In this document: one piece after another, positions 12,701-25,400 of the stretch
How positions within the stretch are numbered: position 1 is the stretch's first letter
How the letters are laid out: every line of letters starts with the position of its first letter
Assembly: GCF_035594765.1 (NCBI RefSeq)
Contig: NC_085845.1
Span: 155,698,897-155,762,896 of the forward strand
Direction of reading: 5' to 3'
Length of the DNA: 64,000 bases
Origin: Anolis carolinensis
Lineage: Eukaryota
Notes under the pieces: model-generated
Told to the model about the DNA's origin: nothing
Databases searched by the model: none
What the model saw: the letters and a program-made list of their open reading frames with translations, nothing else
Translations under genes and position numbers: made by a program

Positions 12701-15700
12701 ACTGGCTGCTGGTCTACTTTCAGGCTAAATACAAAGTGCTGGTTATCACCTATAAAGCCCTAAATGATTCGGGCCCAGGCTATTTAATCAATCGTGTCTC
12801 TACATGCAAACCAAAATGGGCACTGCAGTCAGTGCAGGAGGCCCTCCTCGCAGTCCCACTTGTTGCTACTAGAGGTTTACAATAGGCTTTTTCTAAGTAA
12901 CAGGGAGGATCAGAACCTTTTCTGTTATAGCTGCCACAAGTTAATTGGGTGTGTTATCAACTTCTGCATAAAACAAGGCACTAAGTTTGTAAGTTTTGAG
13001 CTTTGCATTTTAGCTTAGCTTGATGGCTCATTGAGAGCTGAAGAAGCTGTTGAAGTCGTTTGAAGTGCTGCTTATTTATGGAAGATAAGAACATTCTACT
13101 AATAACAAAGTAGAGAGACTATTGTTTGCAATGTGTTTGCGTGTCGTCATTTAAAGAAGACTCACCGGAGATATTGTTTATTATATTGTTTGGTGAGAAC
13201 AACTCTTCTGTTTTGCTTTGTGTTTTTGTGCTACAGTGAATAGAACTAAAAAAAAATTTCTACTTTAAAGCAACAGACTCATGTGTATGTTTTATTTTTT
13301 ATCACACTAAGAATAAAAGGGGCTGGGATATTCTGCGGGCTGCTATCATTATCCTGACACCATCCTGTTTCAAGTACGGCTGGTGGAGACGAGAGAGGTC
13401 GGTGATTCAAATCTGAGGAGAGGGGTGAGCTCCCCATTAGCCCCAGCTTCTGTCAACCTAGCAATTTGAAAACATGCAAATGTGAGTAGATCAACAGGAA
13501 CCGTTTTGGTAGAAAGGTAACAGCGCTCCATGCTGTCATGTCGGCCACATGACCTTGGAGGTATCTACGGACAACGCCAGCTCTTCGTCTTAGAAATGGA
13601 GATGAGCACCAACCTCCAGAGTCAGACACGACTGGACTTAATGTCAGGGAAAACCTTTACACCTTTACTATTATTGTTGTTGTTGTATTTTCAAAGAAGT
13701 CAACTACTGGTAAGTGATATATTTTTCTAAACATACACAAAAAGGACCACTGAGCTTGGCCTACCCAGAAGGTGGTGCTGGAATTAAGACAACATCTATG
13801 CATCACCCTGAGATCTTGTGATATACAGCAGGATACAAATATATGAAATAAGAATCTGATGGATTATAGATAATGTTTTCCATTTTATTTTTAAAATACT
13901 ATTTTATGAATACTGAATACTAAAAAAGAAAATAAAAAGATGGTTAACCTTCACTATCTGTAGTTTCTCAAGTTGCTCCTGACACGAAAAAACCCAAACT
14001 ATCTTCCCAATAGCTTCAAGTTCTCCTTTGTGTAGCACACAGTACCCACTTCACATCAAAAATGAATTCAAATTTATAATTGATAGTTTTTGTTTAAAAT
14101 AAGAAAAACTATGAGCTAACACATAGCCATTCTTTTTATTGCAAAATAATAAAATGAACTCACTCAGATAGGAAGTCCGCATGATAGTAGTAATCAGAGA
14201 GTTTGTCCAAGAATGAACGTGTTTCCAAAATAAATGTAGGAAGCACCACTTTAGAGAGATCCATTCCCGGCCGTACTTGTTTCAACAGTGTCCAGATCAA
14301 ACTCTTATTCTCTTCTGATACTGTTTCTGTTTGAGAAGCTTCTCCTGCCTTCATCAAATACAAATCAGAATGTAGGAAGACTTGAACATTGACATAGCTA
14401 ATACATTACTGAAAGATATCTGGCTTGATACACAATAATCCAAAATTCTTTCTATGTGTCCTCTTGTTTGTTTAAACATTAAATTTAGGCAAATTTTGGA
14501 TGGCTCTCTAGAGACATTTTTTTCAACATACTTGTCTAACACAGACTTCTTTAAAATAAATAGCCTTGAGTATTCAACTTGACTGAGCAAAGGATAACAT
14601 ATAAGATGTGAAACACTTTACTCATGAATAAATCAGGGAATACTTGAGGAAAGGAATCATTAGACGATAGATGAACATTCATGGCCTGCAATAACCTTAC
14701 AACTCCCAGATGAACAACTAGTTCCAGGTTTCTGTTTAGCCTTTTTTACTGCACTTGGTGATGTTTTTGCTTCTGATCAGAGCTATAGTTCTAGATCAGG
14801 TTTGTTCACCTTTGTGTTGCTCAACTAAAATTACATGGTACACAAACTGACTCTTTACATTTGTAATTGTCATGCCTTTCTAGCACTTTATCAGCACAAC
14901 TTCTAATAGTTCTATTTGCTTTTTAAGGAGCTGGTTTACATTTAGATATACACTGACAACTTATTGATGATTCTAAAATTGTCGACCTTAAGAATATACA
15001 AAGACAATAAAAATAGCCACCTACACAAAACTATTTTGCAGTTCAATTACATTCAAACTGACACTGTCTTTCTCTTTCCAGTATGCTTCCAATTTAATTG
15101 AAATATACTCATTACAATTGTATAAAAACTATTTTTTACCTCACCAAGTTCTTCATGTGCTTCTTCTATGTAAGTCGTTTCCTTGACATGATCAGGTTCA
15201 GGGTCAATGTAAGAGTCGTCCTGCCGCTCTGATGTGTCAGAGTCGCTTTCTCCTAGGGCATCATTATCGGATTCATCACGATCATGATCATTTTCCCTAT
15301 CCGATTTATCGGAATAGAGATCTGGATCTTTAAAGTGATGCCTTTCAATTTCACTATCGTTTAAACTAGATGGGGGTGGGAGAGGGAAGGAGATAGAAAA
15401 GTTTCAATTTTGGTGTTTCTCTGCTTCCGTTATATAATTTACTAAATAAGAAAATGTAAGATAACCTCTGTACTCAACTAATAGCTTTCTGATATTCTCC
15501 ATTCAATAAACAAAACTCAATGAAGCTAAATTTATGGACTTTCCATCTTTTAATGGCTTTTAAGGAGAAATGTTGTCAACAAAGAATTAACAGGACAGAA
15601 AAATTGTTAAATTTGATTGTGTTAACTACTGAAAATTGATGCAAATTAATTTCTAAACCTTAATACATATTTATCAGTATCTTGTTTCTGGCATCTTTAT

Positions 15701-16392
15701 TTTAAAATATCTATTTATATTCCTTAGCTCTATAGCATACCTTATCTCAGGGAGTATATCTTCTCCAACTGATTGAGGAGAAGAGTCCATACTTTCAAAG
15801 CTCACAGTATTCTAATATACATTTGGTTTATATATGTACACTCACACATATCTATATGTACATGGGTAGTGATCTTATTAATAATATACTAGTTTGTCAG
15901 TTAAACCTGAGATAGATTTTAGTATAAAAATACAGTATTTCTTCCAAAATACATCAACATAAGTTAAAATGGAAGTATTCATATAACCATAATACTGCCT
16001 GTAAAGAAATCACTTTGACAATTGTAATTGAGAGCTACAATCGTAATGTGGGCCCTTTATTACTTCAAGCCATTGGTAAATATTGGCATTATGACACATG
16101 GTTAACTCAACCAATCACCACTCTCTAAATTTGCTGCAGCTGTACTGACTGAAACAGAACAATGCATTAAGTGGGGCTGTTTTGTGTATCAGCAATTTTT
16201 TTATAGCCTTCATGACTTAGTGGTAAAATAAAGTAATAAAACATGTAAATATCAAAAACTACAAAGCACAAAAAATTAAAGGCAGCATGAACAGTAAGCT
16301 ATATTAAAATAATTTCTAAAGGTCCAGGAGAACCAAATGAAAACTGCCTGCTGCATAGGAATGTCTGGTAGCCCCAACATAAATTACTCTGG

Positions 16393-16448
<56 letters not shown>

Positions 16449-19400
16449 GTTTATTTGTTTTACCAGTCATATGACCATTTCAAAGTGCAAAATAATTTTA
16501 AAAAGGCAAAAAGGATGGGAGGACAGGCAGCTGACCTTCTGTTTCCCGTCAAAATCTTATTTTCTGGGAAGAACATATGTAAGTGGTACACCAGCACCAA
16601 AAGATTTCTCACTTTGTTAGTGATCAGCATCACATTAGATGGTAAGGATCTCCAGAGTGAGTCCTCCAGTGAAGATCTTATTATATAGGCAGATACATAT
16701 GGATCCTGCTGGTCCTTCAAGTGTTTTGGGCTTAAGCTATATGGGGCTTTTAAAGGCCAAACCTGCACCTTCCAAATTTTTTTCAAACAATGATGGAACT
16801 ATGGAAAAAGAACTACCACACTTGTGCATTCTTTGGTCTAGAAAATAGGGAATATAATGTGAGGAGTGCTTTTTTATAACAGCAGAATGTGAGGTCATTT
16901 AGCAAAGCAAAATCATGAGAGATTCAAAACAAGCAGAAAGAATTACTTCTTCACAGACAGGTGTGCATTAGATGAGTAAATATGGTACATTGCAGCAGTT
17001 AACCTGGAGCTTAAACAGAACATGGATAACTGAGGCCAGATTTTATCTGGCCATGCAGAAGCACAATGGGCCTAGGTATAAAAGGAAGATGGCAACTTGT
17101 CTTAGCACCAGATGAACACCACTCCCTTGGTTAAATGAACACTTATTAATTGTATGGCTATCATATTTGTACTGAGCTTCATTTAATTTGTCTTAATCCA
17201 GTACAGGCACTCCCCAAGTTACAAACAGTGGAGACACCTTTTCCTCATTGTAACTCTTTCAGGAGTGAATTTCCTTTCCAAGGGGTAGATTTCTCTCACT
17301 TCCTGCTGTTTCACCCGTTTGCAACTATGAGTCATTTATAATTCAGATGTTTTTTGTAAGTCGGAGACTGCCTGTACATTACTACAGGCCAACACTGCCT
17401 TGATAAAAAGGGGAAAACGAACAGGGTATTTTATCTGAATATCAGCAGCACCTCTCTCAAACTATGAGATGATATCAGTTCAGCACTTTTATGTTAATGT
17501 TCACCGTGTTATGATTAATTTCACCCATAATATACTAGCTGTTTATAATGTTACTTTAATGTTCAGGTTATTTGAAGGACCATGTTTCTCTTTATCAGCC
17601 AGCTAGAGCTCTGGAGAGGCCCTTATCTCTGGCCTATCACCCTCTCAAGCTTGTTGGGTAGGAACATGGAAGAGGATGTTCTCATGGCTGCTCTCAGTCT
17701 TTGTAACTCCCTGCCTAGACAGGCCAGGATGGTCCCATGCTGGCTTGCTTTTCACCTGCAGGTAAAAAACATTTTTCTCCCCTTAGGTGTTTACAAATTC
17801 ATGGGGGCTGGGCTTTTGAATTGTAATTTGGATTTTAAGGTGTGCATAAAGTTTTAAATATTTTTAATGTTTCATGGATCTAACAGTATACAATTAGCAA
17901 CCTCCAGGTATCTGAAATGGTAGGTAGTTGAGCAGTAATCCCACAGAACCCCATTCAGCAAGAAAGTGCCTCCAATTTCCATTCCAGGCAGCCTATCCAG
18001 AGTGATACTATATTTGATGGTCTCAAAAGCAACAGGAAGAATGGACTGGATTGCATTCCCCATGTAAGTCATTCATCAAGATGGCCAAAGCAATCTCAGT
18101 GCTAAAACTGAATGAGATATAGCTAGACACACAAATTCTGTAGTGATATTTGGAACTGTATAAGTACCTATCACAGCAACATGCCTAAGAATTATTAGCA
18201 CTCCCTATTCCCATTTATAGACCGTAGAAAATACAGCAGAAAATTGTAAAGAAACATAATGTAAGAACAAACATAGCTTGAGTAATTAGTTGCATTGACT
18301 ACATGTCCCTTTTTCAGTTGTTCTTTTGTTTCCTTTGAAAAAGCTGCAACAGACACACATGAAGCTTAAAACAACAGGACACAGTGGCTATATGGGTGAA
18401 AACTCTGAAGCAGCCCACTACAATACAGCAGCAGCAACAAAGCCAAGGCTTTTTAACCACTTCTCCACCTTTCTCTTCCTGATTGTTCTGTTTCTTCCCC
18501 TCAGATCCAAAAACGATCAGGCATGCTGTAAACCATCAGTAAAGAACCCTGTCTTGCCTTCTACCTTAGAAAACCTCTTGATTGATTTCTGAGCCAGAAA
18601 CTTTCTAGGGAAAGGAAGAAGATGGCTGGTTGGAGTAGTGGCTACTGTTGGTGCTTTACATCACACATTCCTTCTTTAAAATAATTCTAAACAGACATCA
18701 ATGTCAAGTAATGAAACAAACATTTAGCTGACTTACGGAAAGCTTTCACTACTATGCACGTTGTTTGCACGCAGCAGGCCATAGAAAGACACATGTGCAC
18801 CATCTGTTAAGTTGGGTTCATGCTCTTTACCTTCTCTAATCATTGTACGCTTGAGCAAGCTTGAGCATTTCAAAGCCAGTTCCAAGGCATCCATCCAACA
18901 TCTACCTAGAAATAAATGAGAATATTTGTACACCTCTCATATTAGCGGAATTACAAATGGAATATGTTAGGACTTCAACTTAATAGCTTTATAGCACAGA
19001 ACTAGAATTTTAGATATCTCATTGCTTGTGGGAAATCATTTAAATGGGTCTCTTTAAGCCCCAATTCTCATCTTTTATTTCAATAAGATGCATTTTCATG
19101 CAACTATACATGGGGATGCATCTCTTGCATCTGATTTTCCAAAACACAAGGCACTGGATTCAATTACTTTATTTATACATACACGCACAGTAGACTCTCA
19201 GTTAACCAGAATTCAAGCAGCCCGAATTTTCAAGTAACTGCAAACATGTTTAAAATTGCATACTGCATTTGCAAAGCTATTTCTATAACACAGTAAAACT
19301 ATATTCCATTATGTATATCTTTATTTGTTTTAATTTGCTGTTAATTACTGTATTTCAATTGTAATATCAAGTTAATACAGAGTTTATGGCAGAATACAGA

Positions 19401-22400
19401 ATAGAATACAGTATTAGTTGGGCCTATTTTTAATAATAACTCAAAAACAATGAGAAAGTTGATTTCTTCAATATCTTCCAATCCCTATGGATGCTGGTTA
19501 ACTGAGAGTCTACTATATTTGGATTAAACGGGAGAAGGGGAGACTTCTTGTTATGATTGAGCCTCATGGCTCTGTTACTGACAGACGTGGGCGTAAGACT
19601 CCTCGAGAGTCAGATACTCTCGAGGAGCGAGAAAGAAAAAGACTGCGAGACATTTTTGCAGCACCATCTGACGAAGAGTCTTTTGAGGGGTTTACGGAGA
19701 GAATGGAGGAGGGGCTGGTTAGCTCGGAGGAGGATGAGATGGATTGGACTCGGGTAAGGGAGGAATTGGGTGCCACTGGTCATGATGGGATAGAAGATGA
19801 ATGGGGACCTTCAGGATTAGACCCATGGCTTAGCTGGAGGGATGGGACGGGATCCACAGCTGGAGATGCTGTGGGGCGTAGTCAGAGGTGTTCCAGCTCT
19901 GATGAGGAAAGTGATGAGGAAACGCCCGGGTTAAGGAGGACAGCTGACAGTGATGAGGATTTGTAACTGGCATAAAATGGGGCTTGGGAGCAATTGCAAA
20001 TTGCGTTGGGCAAGGTAATCTGGACGAACGCTTGGGATCTGTGTGGGACGCTTTCCTGAAGACTGGTGTGTTTTCCTGTGCTGAGACGTAAGTTGTTTTG
20101 GAATTCAGGGTCAGACGGCGGGAGGAATTGTGTGGGCATTTGTTTGTGCAAACCTGTGCTTACTCTTATTAGCTTGACCTTCCGTCGTCTTCTTGACGAA
20201 CGCCATCTCCTGTTTTGAAAACTCGGACTGAACTGACCACGGCTTGTCTTCCCCCCTTCTTGGACTTGGAATCTACAAACGTCTGCTTCTGGCTTTGAAC
20301 TACGGAAAGGAACTGGGTCTACTCTACTGCTACAATCCTTGGCTGATCTGTTCGTGTTGGAAATCCTGTCTGCTGTGTGTGTGGGAGCGACGCAAGTTAC
20401 TCTAAGCACAGTGTTGGCAGCAGAGAGGAATCTGCTGCCAATTAGTTGCATTCTTTTGTATCTTTTGTTCCTCGGCTTTTGTTTTGTTTATCCCCAGGCT
20501 GAAGCAAGCAGTTTGTTTTTACCCGGATTAAACTCCGGTTTAATCCGGTTTATCTTTTGAACGTTTTTCCTTGCCCCTTTTTGCTCCTAAAGGCTAATAC
20601 TGCCTGGCCCTTGTATTTTACGGGCATTTTTGAGTTCTGTAATCCAATAAACTCTGTTATCTTGAACCTTGTGGCGTTCTGTCCTTGACACTTCTTAAGG
20701 AAAGATACTGGACTACTCTGTCTAATATTTGGAAACTATCCTCAAAATTTTGTTGTTTATTTGTTCAGTCGCTTCTGGCTCTTTGTAACCTCATGGATCA
20801 GCCCACACCAGAGCTCCCTGTCGGCCATTGCCACCCCCAGCTCCTTTAAGGACAAGCCAGTCACTTCAAGGATACCATCCATCCATCTTGTCCTTGGTTG
20901 GCCCCTCTTCCTTTTTCCTTCCATTTTCCCCAGCATCATTATCTTCTCCAAGATTTCCTGTCTTCTCATTATGTGGCCAAAGTATTTCATCTTTGCCTCT
21001 AATATCCTTCCCTCCAGTGAGCAGTCGGGCATTATTTCCTGGAGTATGGACTGGTTTGATGTTCTTCCTCCAATAGTTCATTATTTTTAATAGTTACTAA
21101 ATTCAACCAAAACCTATATATATACCATTGCTCAGGAATTAAACTTTACACTTACAATGACACTACTGGGAAAAGTTTGTTCCATCAATTTCAATAAGCC
21201 TATTAATGACAAAACCTGGAACTAATGCAATGTCTAATAGATAAGATTTGAAAGAATGATCTGGTTAGGTCATGCTGGAAAATAAAATTGCAATTTTAGA
21301 GCAATAATCTGAAAGATTGTCTTAAGTATCTGTATATGCACCTGATCCTCCCCTCATCCCAGTTCTCTGCACAGAAGGGCAGCCCCTTATATCTCTTATT
21401 CTTGGAAATTTTTAACATCAGAAAACCAAATGCAAAAATATTAGGTAAAAACCAGTATTTCTGAATCAAGAAGCTCTGTTTGTATTAATGCAAGAAAAAA
21501 CAAGGAACATTTCCCAAGATAATGGATGCTATCTACATTCTTTCAGGGATTCTATATATATGTATACACAATAAATTAATTACTCCAACACACTCTTTTA
21601 ATAAATAGGCAGAGCAATCCTAGTTGCTATGCCCAACCTTCCCAACACCCAGACAGGTTCTGGGGCAGGGCAGCATTGGGCAACCTTCTTGTTTTTTCTT
21701 TATTGCATTGCTTGCAATAGGGGGCATTTAGATCAAACATAGGACAAGTTTAAACAATTTCCTATATTTAGAAATAATTTAAATCAGCTCTAGGGAAAGT
21801 GCAATGTTTTCTTACATTGCGATAAGGTCAGTGAACTCAATGACTTTGGATCCTCTTTCTTCTTCCCTGAAGAAGTGAAGGGCATGGATTTTCCCATGTT
21901 GACATGGAAACTGAAATGCAATCTCTTTATAGAGTTAAATGCAAAGCTCTGATAATCCGGACTGCGTCTCAAGCATCAAATTTCTGTGTGTTTTCCAACT
22001 TAGGGGTTACAGGGTTGTACAGTGGGCCTTTGATATCTTCTACGGATTGATTCTAGGAACCCCTGTCGATACCAAAATCCATAACTGCTCAAGTCCGATT
22101 GTATACAATGGCATAGTAAACTGGTGTCTCTTATATAAAATAACGAAATCAATATTAAGTTTTTGGAATTTTGGGAGGGGGGATGGGATATCTTCAAGCC
22201 ATGGATGGTTGAGTCTGTAGACATAGAATCTGTGGGTATGGAGGGTCAACTATACTGTAAAAGCAAAACAAAACATCAAAACACTGTTCCTTTTAATATA
22301 TTTCATTGATTAATTTAATTTTGCAGCCCTCTTAGCTCTAACATTTATAACCTTTTCACTATTTTCTAAATGGTTTTGATGAATTTTGATTGTTTAAAAT

Positions 22401-25400
22401 CCTGAGCTAACTTAAAAACCAATTTAGCAATTTCTTAAAACCACTATTTGAAGAAGGCAAATGAAAATATAGCTGTTTTCCTTCACCAGAATCTCAGGCA
22501 AAGCTTTCCATGGTTGAACTAAGCATAGTGAAAAACCTCACAATATTTTATTGTCTTTGTTTTTTATTCTGAAAAAGTAAACTGAAAGCATAAAATCTGT
22601 AAACCATAAGCAAAGAATGCAATAGTGTCACCATTACAAACCATTTTCTGAAATTCTTTGATCACAGTGGTATTTGCAGTGCTACCCCGACCTCTAAAGG
22701 AATTCAAGCAATATATCCTACAAAAATTATTTCCGGCTTCCTTATCTAATTAGAAGAGATATGGGGCACTTCAGTTTTTGCTCTTATGAAGGGATGCACT
22801 GCCTTAAAAAACAAACAAACCTGGAAATCACAGTTTGAGTTCACTTCCAACCGCAATATCTGCCATTTGGTGGCATTGCAGGCATTTGTGTATGTGTTGA
22901 GGAGCAGGGAATGCACAGCTTTGGCATGCCAAAGAATAGGCATTGTGTGAACTGCATATGGCCTATAGAGCAAATTTCTCCCACCTGCCATTCATAATAT
23001 ACTATAGTATTTGGTCAAATCTAATATCCAGTTACATACTCAGTTATTCTACTTCTTATTATCATTTGCTTCAAATACTTTCACATTAAGAATGGTAATA
23101 AACTGATCTCAAAAGGAAAAAAAAATACCATCTGATTCTGAAGCTGCTCGGATGATCAAATAACTGCTAGGCAATGGTTGTGTTATAGAGCCAACAGCTT
23201 CCCCTTTAGGACCCTGAAAGTAAAAACAAGAGTTTTACGTTGATTTTAATGCACTGATCTTCAAAGGTTTTATTTTTAATTAATTTAAAGCAACCAGTGA
23301 TCCTGGTGACATTGAGAACTCTGATTGCTCATTTATGTCGATGAAGAAAGTAAAAAGGGATGTTATCAAGAAAAAATGGATGATAACAAGAAGCCACCTG
23401 GGAAGAAGCCACTAATGTTGCCTGTACTTTAGATCCATGTAGTAACTCAAGAAACTGGGAAACAGTTAAGCTGTAGCAGAATCAGAATAAACTAGTTTGG
23501 AGAGTTGGCTCAAGCCCCCTTTCCCAAGAATTTCTTGTACAGTACATATTTCCAGGTAAGTATGGGCATGCAGAGCGTGAGCCATAACAAAGTGCACAGT
23601 AGAAAAACCACAACGTATCTGTGTAGGGTTCAGTTATGCCTGATTCATAATATGTAACAGCAATCCTAAAACTAGAGTATGATACACAATTCACTACAGT
23701 GTCTACATTGAACAGTCCAATATGATGCAAAAAGTGATATTATCTTTTACATCAAATAAAATCAATATGACATAATATTACTGTTCTGACAAAGAGCAAG
23801 TATCTGCAATGACAGTTATAAAGATCAGCAGTACAAGTCCTGCATGCTGAACTTATGCTGAATTTTAAGACTGATCCTAATTCTTATAGACCAATATCCC
23901 TAAGCAATGTGGACTACAAAATATTTACTAAAATATTAGCAAAAAGACTGAGAGATATAATACCGGATATAATTAATGAAGATCAATACGGTTTTGTAAA
24001 AAACAGGAAATTAGCAGACCCTATAAGGAATATTTTGAACATTTTGAACCATGCCACAGAAAAAAAATCTAAAGTACTTATATTAAAATTGGACTTTTGC
24101 AAGGCATTCGACTCAATAGATCACAAATATTTGAACAGACTCTGCGAGGAATGTAATATGGGGGGGAAAGTGTGCAAGGTAATAAAAGAACTATATAGTG
24201 AAAACAAAGCAACTATCTTGGTAAATGGGACACAAACCAGACAAATAAATATTAATAGAGGAACTAAACAAGGATGCCCCCTTTCCCCGGCCCTATTTTC
24301 ATTAGCCATTGAACCTTTAGCAAACTTAGTAAGGAATAACCCGGTCATTAAAGGCTATAAGATGGGCAAGGAAGACATTAAGATTAATTTATATGCTGAT
24401 GATGTTATGATAATTTTAGGGGAGGTGGAGGAATCACTACAATCACTACAAGAAGATGAAATACCTAGGAGTGGATATACCAAAAAAACATCAACAATAT
24501 AATACAAATGAATTATAATCACCTATGGAAAAATATAAGCAAACAAATTATTACATGGGGAAAGAAATTCCGAGACATATCTACAAGGCTAAAAATCTAT
24601 AAGATGAAGATCTTGCCCAAATTTTTATTCTTGTTCCAAACCCTCCCGGTGAATATTCCTACCAATTTGTTGAAGAAGTGGGATAACTCTATGAAACAAT
24701 GGGTAGTGGGAGGAAACAAAAATAGAATTGCCAACTTTTTATACTATAGTAAACAAGAAATGGGTGGTTGGGGAGCTCCCTCGTTGGGAATATACTACGA
24801 GGCAAGCCAGTTAGCGAGGCTATTAGAATTCGAATTGGAAGGGTCAAAAAAATGGGTGCAAACAGAAAAGGAAGCAAATAATTGGCAAAGGGGAACATTA
24901 TTGGGAGAGAGAATTGATAGAAAAGACTTAAAGAATTTAAAAGCGGGCCCTTGTTTTTCAATGTTGTTAATCTGGAAAAAATGGCAAAATAAATTACAAA
25001 TAAATAAAATTGACCCTTTCCCACTAGAAACATTGGAAAATAAGGACAAGACATTCACAAATCTAATTAGGGCACTGAAGGAAAACGGTTTCAAAAGGAT
25101 TGGGGACATCATGAATCCCAAAGGAGAAATACTAAAGTGGGATAAAATAAAAGATAAATGTGGTCAAGGGAACTGGATAGCATGGTTAGGTCTGTCCAGT
25201 AAAGCCCAGGCCATGAAAAGAAGAGAAGTTGTCGAAACTCCACTGGATAGAATAATTAAAAGGAAAATAGAAATAGATAAAGGAATAACTGGGCTATTGT
25301 ATGATGTACTAATCACATTAACTTACAATACAAAAATAACCATTATAGATAATTGGAAACAGGAAAAAAACTTCACTGAGAAATTAATTGGGACTTGGAT

